Positions 39,124-49,589 of a stretch of DNA of 64,000 nucleotides are shown here, piece after piece. The stretch is taken from positions 26,288,001 to 26,352,000 of the forward strand of contig NW_024704748.1 in NCBI RefSeq assembly GCF_018977255.1. Reading direction: 5' to 3'. The notes under the pieces were generated by a model that saw only the letters and a program-made list of their open reading frames with translations, was not told where the DNA came from and ran no database searches. Position numbers and translations under genes: made by a program. This stretch comes from Callorhinchus milii. Taxonomy: Eukaryota. Position 1 is the stretch's first letter. Every line of letters begins with the position of its first letter.

Positions 39124-41819
39124 GCATTTTGGAAAGAACCAAGGCCACTGTTTGTGAATGAAGTTCGCTCTGAATCTCCGATGCGTTTTTTTTAAAAAAA
39201 CACAATTTTGTAACTTGAGGGATGAGGTTTCGCTCTTCGCATCTCAGTGTTTGTTTCAGGGGACTGTGTGCTTTGAGGCTAGTGCAGATGATCTCACCAG
39301 TGTCCACCGTAAACTGCAGTCATCCAGTCAGTACAGACTCGTCAAAGACGTGAGAATGAACTGGCTCTCGTTTTCCGTCCGCCGACAAATCACTACGCTT
39401 CGCAGTAAGGTCCTGTGAAGCACTGTGACATTTCACCGGCATGATAATTCGCTGTATCAAATGCAAAGATTATTATTATAGTAAGATGGGGCTGATTGTC
39501 TTCCAAATGTTAACTTTACCAATTTTTAAATCAAACCGAAACTTTCAGTATTGCTAAAATGTTTGGTTAGTTTAAGGGTATCTGTTGCAGGGTTGATTTC
39601 AGCGTGTTGGCTAGCTTGATTTGGATGTACAGCGAGGTTCAAGTCGACTTGTGAACGCACCCCTTGAGATTTCCGACTCTTTATTCCACAAACGCCGGGA
39701 TTTAGCTCCGTGGCTCCATACTCCGCGCTGATTCCTAGCACAGTTTCTTTCCTCTGCGTTCAGCACACGTGATCCGAGGACACACTGGAATGGGTGTGCC
39801 TGGGATTTTTTTTTGTTGGGAGAGCTTTTGCGATTGTAATTTGTTTTCGAGGGAAACAATTGTACAGGTCTGATGCAGGGATAAGTGCACATTCCTCACA
39901 GTTACCCCCTACACCGAAGTTTCCCTCTGACTGTCGACTTCCTTTCAATCCATCTCAGTGGTTTGTTTTGTCTTTTTGTGTGTGTGTGTGTACTTGAAGG
40001 ATTTAATGACCAGTTTGAGGGAGCGCACTGTTTAACAATAATAGGCAGAGGCTTCTCTTTCTTTGTAGGTAAGCAGTTTGGGTTTATTGGTAGCAAATTA
40101 AGTTTACTTCTTAACGCTGCCTGAATAATGCTATTTAAGTTGAATAAGATGCATTATTAATATGTGGCGGTGGGGTGGGGGGGGATGGTAGAGAAGGGGA
40201 AAAATGCCTGACATGATTCCAGTCGTTGGCGAGAGGTCTCTTGGAAATCCTGGAAAAATTGGCAAGCGAATGCAACCATTCGCTCAAAAGTTTGGGGTTG
40301 CCATTGGGGAAATGCAAAGGAGGTGAACACTGGAACGTCTTGTCCATAAGGAAAATCCGAGACTAATCTTTCAGCTCAGGGTTAGGTGAGTGTGAGTGCC
40401 TGGTTAGTTGATTTCCCTCCATTATCCTCCGAATCCTTCTGATCAGGTCACAGAAGTGAGAAATGCCTACGAAGAGCGATGCACAAGAAGAGTTTAAAAA
40501 TTGCTGGAAAAAAAGTGGCTGAATTTTTTTGATCAACTGGATTTTTCTCCCAGGAACCTGGTCCGCAATCCCCCAAATCTCCACGGCTTTTTGTGGGACG
40601 CTGCTGTGCGTAACTGGCTGCTGAATTTTGGTCACAAAGTACGCAGTCACTCCACTTTACAGTAAATAACAGTAAACAACTGGAGGTGTTGATCATTTGA
40701 TACGCTGCATTCTGCAGATAAAATGAAGCCACTTGTGGAATCTTTGCTACTTTTAACTTGCTTTAAGAGATTAAGTTCAGGGAAATGTTCAAAGCAACAT
40801 CTTTTCGTTTTGTCAAGTTGTTCATTTTCCTGTGAATTAAATATCCGTCAAATGTTGGATGGGATTGGGGGCTGTTTGGGTAATAATAATAATCCATTAC
40901 TGTTGCTTTGGCAATTGGCTGCCGCGTTTCGCCCTCAAATAAACAGTCACTGCACTTTACAGTGTATTCTGTGAAGGGCTATGAGACGTCTCAAAGACGT
41001 AATCAGGCGCTACATCAAATGTAAGTATTATTATTATACTACAATTATGATGATGTGATGGTTGACTTCTCTGATGGCTGTCTGCTTTCTTGTTGGTCAG
41101 CCGGGTGTCTGACACATGTGGAACTCCATCACCGTTGCTCAAGAGTCTCCAAACCGAGCTGAGATTTCCGTGCATCCCACCTACACACGGAAACCCCAGA
41201 GCCAGATTGTTGGAATGGAATGCTCTCTCTCTCTCTCTCTCTCTCCCTCCCTGGAGGGACCTATCCTGCTTACCTAATTCTGGAAAGGATTAGGCGCAGG
41301 TTGGCAAGAACTAAGGCTTGGGGGGATCCCAGAGTGTGCGTTGGGGGGTAACTGCTGGAGTCTAACCAGCTAAAACCACACAGCTTACCATTGATATCGC
41401 TATTTGCACGCAGACGAGCCAGTGGGCGGCTGTCTATCTGTATGAGAGATCAGCCAACCCACTGCCAGAGGTGACAACAATTCTAACCTCAGTGGCATTG
41501 CTTGTTTGAGTGAATCTCGATGCCTGACTAGATAGCAGTGTCCCCTCCCATCGGGGGTGGCAGCGCTGACTTGTAGCTGCAGGTTTTGCCAGTCAGGAAG
41601 TAAACAGCGAGTGAACCTGAGGTCATGTCCTGCTCAACGCTTCCGTCCCAACCTCTTGGCACCAAGACAATTTGTGCAACTTTGCGTTTGCCGGGTTTTT
41701 AAAGCTGATCTGATGGGTCAATTCTCGTCGCCGAGCCCAGGGTGGCACTCACAGCCTTGTGGCCGGCCGTTCGGCTCGTGTTGCGACTTGCCTTTGAGTT
41801 GCAAGTGAGAGCCTTCTGA

Positions 41820-42030
41820 GTGTCCCTCGTGCCGTCCGTTCCACCCGCCACACGTGCTGCGCTTTCAGCCACTACGCCCCGAAACTCTGCAACACTCTTC
41901 CTCTATTCCCACCGCCCCTCCCACCGTCTCAGTGTCGTGCTCTGCCACTGTCGAGCGCTCTGGGAAGCTGCCCTGTGTGGTGAGGGGTGGGGGGGGGGGG
42001 GAGGCACCATGTAAATGCAAGTTGTTGTTG
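41820..42030 (+). mobile_element. L2 3' fragment, internally deleted
   Basis: gctttcagccactacgccccgaaactctgcaac (AFS..APKL.N) and a gtaaatgcaagttgttgttg tail. Confidence 0.75.
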
Positions 42031-43424
42031 TGAAGTCGAGGCGAGACCCTTGACAGCCGAGTTGTTGAGCAATGTTCGGGAGCTGCTCCAGGAACCAGTT
42101 GCTTCCAACGTAACTGCGGGCCTAACTCAACCCAAATTTAAGCAGAGCGAGTGCCTATACATCAAGCAGCAGTTTGATTTGCATGTAGTTAAGCGAGTGC
42201 TGTGACATTCTGTTACGGTGAGTGGCTGAGTGGAGTGTAGCTGCTGTACTGGGGCCAGATTGATGGAGTAGATTAGGGAGTGCCTCCCGCCGCTGCCATA
42301 CAATGGAACCAGGTCCTATAAGGAGCTTAGTGGTAAGATCTATGGGTGGTGCCAGACTGCAGCCTCTATTTCATTATTCGAAGGGGGGGGTCCTGCTAGA
42401 ACGTTGGGTTTCTACCTCTCTCTTTATTTCTTCGCTCGCTCACTCACTCACTCACTCACTCGCGCGTTTCGCCCCTCAACACACACAGTCACTAGACTTT
42501 ACGGTGCGTCCTGTGAAGCGCTTTTGAGACGCCTCGAAGACGTGATAGGCCGCTGTATCAAATGCAAGAATTATTATTATTATTATTATTATTCTGTCAG
42601 GGTTTTCCTCGCTGCTCTTGCGCTGCGTTGACTGTGCTGTTGCCTGCAGGCTCGGATTCGCAGAGTTGGGCTGAACGATGCGTTAAAGTTGCCCTCCTGT
42701 CTCCCCTCCTGGGCGGATTACCACCTCGAAGAGGTGCCTTTTCTCTCTCTTGCGTCCTGAGACAGGAATGTAAATAACGTCTCTGCCATTTCTCTCCCTC
42801 TGCCCTTGGGGCACCTGGTGTGTACAGTCTGCAGACTCCAAGGCTACCAGTGACCAGGAAAGGAACGCCTGATTTGCCTGTTGCTAAATTGAAACCAGCA
42901 AATTCTTACCGGCCGCTTGTTGAATGTAGGGGCTCCACGATGTAAATGCAGCCTTGAAACGTTGGCGTGTGTGCCTGTGGACATTGGTCACCTCGTCGCT
43001 AATAATGATAATAATAATCCTTGCATTTGAGATAGCGTCTCATCACGTCTTCGCGACGTCTCAAAGCGCTTCACAGAATATACGCAAGAGCCAAGGCTTG
43101 GGGGAGCGAGCCCAGAGTGTGCGTTGGGGGTACTGTTGGGTGTCTAAGCAGCTAAAAAAAACCTCACAGCTTGCCGTTGATGTTGCTGTCTGGCCAGCTT
43201 TCCCGCTGCTCGTCCAGCGAGGTACCATTTGACACAGCACAAGTTGCAATTGGCTGTAACTAATGGAATGGATTGAGCTTTCAAGTTAACGAGGACAAAA
43301 ATCTTCCGATCCGCTGGTGTGTGTTGTGTTTTTTTTAAAAAAAACGTATATTTTATATCAAATGACTAAAAAGGAAAATGTCGCCTTTCTGTTTTGTGTG
43401 TGCCAGGGCGTGAGGTGTGTCTAA

Positions 43425-43570
43425 AGAAACTTAGAAACAGGATAAGGCCATTCAGCCCCTCGAGCCTGTGTCCCCGTTCTATAAGATTGTGGCTGATCTG
43501 TACCCCAACTCCAATTACCCCCCCCCCCACTTTGCCCCGTATCCCTGAATACCCTAACCTAACAAATATA
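43425..43570 (-). mobile_element. CR1 3' UTR fragment
   Basis: ggccattcagcccctcgagcctg...aagattgtggctgatct is homologous to 21560-21680. Confidence 0.75.
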
Positions 43571-44584
43571 GCTGCCCATTGAGTTTATTTCGAAAGGAAC
43601 ACACGCTCTAAGTCACCTTAGAAACCGGTTTCAGATTTAAGTACATTTAAGCCCTACCTACATTTTGCTGTTCTGTCATAGATTTGACAAACAGTGTATT
43701 TTTCAATCAAACTCTTTCTCTCCCCCCACCCCCACCCCCTCCCCGCACTGTTTTCTGTACTAATAGAAAATTTACCTTCCCCAGAAATCACTCTTTGTGG
43801 CGTTCTTTCCTTCTTCTTGTCATTAAACCTTTTGACCTGCGTTTCCTTCGTACTTTCCTCGTCTACCTGGCATATAAACTGTGTACTGTGCCTGTGTACT
43901 GTGTGCAGAAAGCATGGGGCCTCAGCAATTATCTGGGGTCTGTTTCCATTGTGTGAGTGAGTTGTTTGTGGGGTGGTTACCACGACGTAAGTCTTTAGGA
44001 CCGGCTCGGGCCCATCTGGTTCTAGTTATCTCTCTCCGCAGTAGGGCTGAGTCTCATTTCCTCACACTCTCAAAGCCCTACAAGCAATGATCTTGTTATG
44101 CCTTAGCGTAATTGAAAATTACATGTTGTGCAGACTCGCGGCACTAAAATGCAGACACATAAAACATTATGTGGTTCAGGTAATGACATGGGGAAAAATA
44201 AGTTACACAGGTAATAAAGTTAAGATACCCGGGGAAAAAAAAATGCAGCCAGATTAGTGTGTTCGGAATGGAATCTTCCGGGTTTTTTTTTTTTTACAGA
44301 GTGGGGTCTTTTCTCTGCAGTGTTTTTTTGGCCCCGTGTTTTTTTTTTGTTACGTGGCCAACTGTTAACTAAATTCCGAAAAAAGCTGTAGCGAGTTTAA
44401 GACCTATCTTCCTTCCACTGGCTTCCTCTGCACAAATCCCTGTGATAAGTAACTTGGCTTAAAGCGCTCTGCACTCAACGATTGTTCAAGTGACCCGGGC
44501 TGCAGAGTTGAGAGAATTGCAACAAAGACAACCTTTCTTTCTGCGTGCGCGAGCGAGCGTTATCGCGTCACATTAACCCGTTGA

Positions 44585-44765
44585 GGACTTGTGACGTTTA
44601 TGTAGAGGCCCTCGCTCAGGGTAGAGGGGGGGGAGGCACCGGCCAAAGAGGAAGGTCTTTCGGCACAACCTGAAAATGGGGGGAAGGAAGGGGGCCAAGA
44701 TGGAGGGATAGAGGAAGAGTATTCCAGGGTTTCGGGGCGTAGTGACCGAAAGTGCGGCTCCAATG
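44585..44765 (-). mobile_element. L2 3' fragment, degenerate
   Basis: Reverse strand reads RTFGHYAPKPWNTLP; homologous to the 16950 copy. Confidence 0.7.
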
Positions 44766-46659
44766 TTTATCATAATCACCCACATGTAGAAACCCATCGA
44801 ATATCCAGACCAGATTGAGTTCCACATGTGTATGGCATGGCAGCTGAGGTGAGCTGGGGTAGGGGAGGAGATCCCTATACTGATGTGGGAAATAATAATA
44901 ATAATAATAGTAATAATAGGGAAAGGGGGAAGAGTACTTTTTTTTTAAAAGATGTGGTGTAGAATAGCGAGGCTTTATTATAATAATAATTATCGTACTG
45001 AACGCCAGATCCATTTACGCCTAACCTGGGAGTTCTCAGTCCAATACTATTCCACAACACTTGACGTTGCTTTCCTTGGGGAGGGGAAGCAAAATCCCAA
45101 TCCGAATCCAAAATGGACAGCTCATAAAAAGAACGTAATTATTATTTGTGCGTCTGTTCTGTGAATGTCCAAAGGAATTTGACCAAATAAACTACTTATC
45201 TATCTCCTCAGGAGGTGCCAGGGTTCCGTATCCTGTGTTCCCAACTGGATCCTACGAAACAGTTCATTTTATATATATATATATAATATATAATTGCAGT
45301 TTAGATTCCCAGAAATGGTTACAATTCAACAATAGGCTTATTTACTGAGTGCGGGATTACTTTACTGGCTGAAGATCAAAAATGTTAATCTTGCAAGGTT
45401 TTTCAAGGGAAAATTAGACGCAAAGTAGGAGTGTCGTAAAGATAATATTGTGAGGAGAGAAAACGGATTTGTGTTTTTTTTTTCTTTTTGCACTCCCAAT
45501 TATTTTCTCCTCCCTTCCTTTTTGCCTCTTTCTATTGGTTCTGTTTTCTCCGGGCACTGTCATGGTGTTGAGTGAATACTTGACCTAGTGGGAAGAGGGT
45601 AGAGAGGGAGAATAGGGCATCACAGCCAAATCTGTGGCCAGATGCCCTAACGGTGAACTTAGTCAAAAAAGCCATTGGAGGCAAAGGGCAAGCAATTGGG
45701 TAGCATTGACGCGAAATAGGTTGGGTATAGCCAAAGCGACAAGATACCGTTGGAATAATTGTGCGGAAATAATCGTTGAACAAAGCTGGTTCCTGTAAAC
45801 AAACATCTGTTGGTGCGGTGTAAGGATTCTTCCTGCAATTAGGGACAAGTGGTAAGATTCCTTACCCTGGGGGTGGAATTGTGATAAATATTTCATAATT
45901 TGGGGAGGGTTTCAGCCTGCTGCTCCACGATTTATTTTAACCAGTGTGATAAAGAGGGAAAGTGCATGACGCTTGCTCCAATTAATGGAACTACAGTAAC
46001 CTGAGGGTGCTTCAGGTTGAATGTGGTCCGAGCTGGTGAATTAATGCTGGCTATACAACCTCCAGGGTAGCTCACTAAGATCTATCCCACTGTACAGCTC
46101 AGTAACTCTTTCAAGTCAGTGCTATGATGACGATAGCGTTTAATGCTTGACCAGAAACGTTCGCAAATTGAAAGTAGTGGACGGAAGAAAAGCTAGAAAG
46201 ATCCTCCTTCCACTTTTCTTGCGAGCTTCTGAGATGGTTTGATGGGGAGACTTTTAAGATATCAAAGATCCCATGGCGGAGTTGTGAACGAATGAAGTTT
46301 CACCCCCGGTGTTTTGGCCATCGATTCACAGTTACTACATGTCACAGGAACTGTCAGTCCAGCACTTAGAGATGTTTCAACCTTATATAGGCGCAATGTC
46401 AAAGAGGAGGAGTAGGATGATGATAATAATGATTATAATTATACCCGGCAACTTGGGGCTGGCCTGATCGACGTCATCGGTCTTTCCTGTACAATCCAAT
46501 GTCACGCAATGGAGTTTCCAAATGCACAACAAATGTCAGGAGACTAAGGTCTAAATAGTGATTTTTATTTTCCTCCTTGAAGTATCGAAAGTTGTTTTAC
46601 AATAATAAATTGAGAGGATGCATTTTGGAGCTCCCCGATTTTTATTATCCGTGATCCGA

Positions 46660-46976
46660 GGAGTCCTATAGCTCAGTGGTTAGAGCGCGAGCGAGAGGAC
46701 CTGGGTTTGATTCCCGGGCAGGGCGAAACGTTGGGCAAGTTTCCTTACTCCACACGTCTCTGTTTACCAGCAGTAAATAAGAACCCGGTTGTTAGTCGAT
46801 TGGCGGATCCCTTTTCTGGGGATAAAAATTCCTTTTTAAAAAAAAATTGGTCACTCATTCCACTGCTGTGCGCAATTGGCTGCCGCATTTCGCCCACAAA
46901 ATATAGTCAAATCACTTTACAGTGTCTGGAAAATGTAATAAGGCGCTATATCAAATGCAAGAATTATTATTATTAT
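46660..46976 (+). mobile_element. SINE family A, head to tail with small deletions
   Basis: ggagtcctatagctcagtggttagagc...; (att)n tail. Confidence 0.88.
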
Positions 46977-47364
46977 CAAACCGGGGAACGGCAAGAAGAC
47001 GGTTGTCCCATTAACATCCGAAAGTTCAACCCCCAGCTTTCCAAAGATTTCAACTAGAATTATGTTAAATAATTCAAATGATAATGAAAATATCCAAACC
47101 AGAGACTCCAAATGTGAAATGACAACTCCTGCTTGTGTGGCAGAAGTGTGGCAAGCTGATCTGTGTGGGAATGCCACTCTCTGACATGACCTTCTTCTGG
47201 AAAGGTGTTCCCAGGGGATGTCGTTCCTGACACCTTTGATCTGTCCGGGCTGAATCCTACTAGAACCAGTGCAGATTTAGCAAGTGGGCAGATCTGGTCA
47301 GACGAGTGAGGAGCTTTCGAAAGTGGTGGAGAACCTGGATTTGAATGGAATGGGCAGATTCTAA

Positions 47365-47566
47365 ATAATAATAATAATAATAATAAATTAGACACTCGAT
47401 CCACGACCGTCTGCGGGACGCTGCTGTGCGCAATTGGCTGTTGCGTTTCGCCCACAAAATATACAGTCGATTGACTTTACCGTGTATTCTGTGGAGCGCT
47501 TTGAGACGTGTCGAAGACGTGATAAGACGCTGAATCAAATGCAAGGATTATTATTATTATTATTAT
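47365..47566 (+). mobile_element. SINE family A, 3' half, about 240 nt upstream of the TCF7L2 exon
   Basis: Deu-like body and tail match. Confidence 0.85.
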
Positions 47567-47803
47567 CCTCTTTTGCTAACGCCAGCAAATGTATCCATTA
47601 CGTTACGCCTGTTTCTATTTGCACTATTATTAACCAAAATGAAATGGTAATTATTGTTGATTGCAAACGTTTGATTTGGTTGAAAAAAATTCATCTTCAT
47701 GTTTTCATTTTGTCTTTGTTTGTCCCATGTGTATTTTTCGAGGGATTTTTTTTATTATTATTATTATTTTAATCATTTTCCTTTTATTGTTTCTCATTTC
47801 CAG

Positions 47804-47905
47804 TACCTGCAGATGAAATGGCCATTGATTGATGTACAGGCAGGGAGCCTACAGGGTAGGCAAGGACTCAAGGATGCTAGGTCCCCATCTCCAGCACATA
47901 TTGTT
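47804..47905 (+). CDS. TCF7L2: TCF7L2 (TCF4) internal coding exon of the context-dependent regulatory domain (human exon 5 in the 17-exon numbering), phase 0/0, 34 aa
   Basis: Translates to YLQMKWPLIDVQAGSLQGRQGLKDARSPSPAHIV, versus recalled human TCF7L2 YLQMKWPLLDVQAGSLQSRQALKDARSPSPAHIV. The TCF7L1 paralog is shorter here. Acceptor ttttattgtttctcatttccag| at 47801-47803, donor |gtaagt at 47906, 102 nt. Confidence 0.96.
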
Positions 47906-48532
47906 GTAAGTAATGGCTGGATTTCATCTTCTTTTCCTGATTTTCCGGATTTTAATTGGGTTTTGCAGGCGATGTACACGGTAGAATTCCAGGAGCCGTG
48001 TGATACGTGACACTTTGCAATCACGATAATGCTTACAGAAAGGGTCTGGACTGCAAGCTTTAACCTTTGAAAGGGGGGAATAATTCGCCCCTTCCTGCAT
48101 CTAACGTGATCTTGTGCAAGGCTGGTTAACGATCTCTTTCTGCAGCTCTGATATCCGGGCTCGTCAAAATATCCTGAACTCGATATTCCGCCACCCCACG
48201 TGAAGGCCGCTGTATAAGCCCTGGTTGTCGTCGTCGTGTTTCAACCGATGACTGTAAAAGATTGGCCTTTTTTTCCACACCATTAAGGAGCAGGGGCTCG
48301 GCACAAACATTTTGTGGGGCGTGGGGGGGGGGGGGGGGGGGGGTGAGAAGGGAAGGAACTACATTGTGGTTTTAGCTCAGAGGCTGTTGGACTGGATTTC
48401 ATGTTGAGAATCTTTCAGATGGTCTTTGTACATTGATAGAAGTCTCTCAGGGTGACTTGTCATCATTTCCCCTCTGTCACCCTGTCTGTTTGTGAGACTG
48501 ATTAATCGCACGGCGTGGAGTAATAGTCAACC

Positions 48533-48828
48533 ACAACAACAACTTGCATTTACAAAGCGCCTCTCGTGCAGGATAGAGTCCAGAGCGCTTGACAGTGGCG
48601 GAACATGACTCTGATCGGGGGTTGGGGAGGGAGAGGTGGCCATAGGTCAGGTCAAAGAGGAAGGTCTTCTGGTATTATCTGACGATGGGGAAGGAAGGGG
48701 CAAGGCGGAGGGAAGTGTCGAGTTAAGAGTGTTCGTTCCAGAGTTTCAGGGCGGAGTGGCTGAAAGTGCCGCTGCCAATGGCGGAACGGAGGTGCGAGGG
48801 ACATTCAGCAAGCCGGAGCCAGTCGAGT
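48533..48828 (-). mobile_element. L2 3' fragment
   Basis: (aac)n ttgcatttac tail and body homologous to 17095-17389. Confidence 0.82.
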
Positions 48829-49253
48829 AATAGTCCAAAGGATCCCATTTTTTTCCGTTGCCTGCAATGGGACATGTGTCTGCAAAAAGTGTCGGGCATT
48901 TAGGCCCCATTATCTTCTCGGATCCAGTCCAAAGGTGGTGGGGGTGGTGGGGCAGGGGGAATAAATGGCGCTGAGTGGGAGCAGGCCTCGGTGATGCAGG
49001 ACTGAGCGCTGTTGCCGCAAAAACTCCTTGAGTGACGCGGATCATAATGTTTCCAGTTTTTTTTTCTCTCCTGCTCGCTGGCACGGTTTCCAGCAGTATT
49101 TCTGCTCTGTATGCACAAGCGCAAGTGAACTCTGAGTGATGTTCTTCGGTCTGCTTCAGCGGCAGTCTGAACGCTGAACATTAGGTTATTCTTTGACCCC
49201 AATTATCATTCAGTGTATTTGTCCCCCCCCCCACCACCACCACCACATCTCGT

Positions 49254-49589
49254 GGAGTCCTGTAGCTCAGTGATTAGAGCACTCGCTTCGCAAGCGAGAG
49301 ACCTGGGTTTGGTTCCCGGGCAGGGCGAGACCTTGGGCAAATTTCCTTGCTCCACACGCCTCTGTTTACCCAGCAGTAAGTAAGTTGTTAATCAATTGGC
49401 GGATCACTTTTTCGGGGGTAATAATCCCTTCAAAAAAATAATAATTTGGTCACTCAATCCACGGCTGTTTGTGGGGACGCTGCTGTGCGCAATTGGCTGC
49501 CGGGTTTTGCCCACAAACTATAAGCCTATTCACTTCACAGCATATCCTGAGAAGCGCTTTGAGATGTCTCAACGACACAATAAGCTATT
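49254..49589 (+). mobile_element. SINE family A, near full length
   Basis: Head with intact ctcgc-ttcgcaa-gcgag arm; tail clipped. Confidence 0.9.

Larger units (their letters stand above)
1..47803 (+). other. TCF7L2: TCF7L2 long upstream intronic region (exons 1-3 not seen, presumably upstream of the window)
   Basis: No beta-catenin-binding-domain exons seen. The known TCF7L2 architecture has very long introns on both sides of this exon. Confidence 0.8.

Noticed and set aside
46124-46232. C/D box snoRNA-like ATGATGA...CTGA
   Set aside because: No convincing terminal stem or recognisable rRNA antisense element, and it abuts a degenerate SINE.
47232-47242. Scattered TCF/LEF motifs (cctttgatc here; atcaaag at ~28851 and ~46261) as autoregulatory sites
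   Set aside because: Isolated 7-9-mers at about chance frequency in 64 kb, with no clear clustering.
47699-48010. 103-aa ORF read as a complete gene, or a 12-nt exon at 47969-47980
   Set aside because: Only 47804-47905 is homologous to TCF7L2 and bounded by canonical splice sites. The putative 63-nt intron is very short and its downstream donor is weak.
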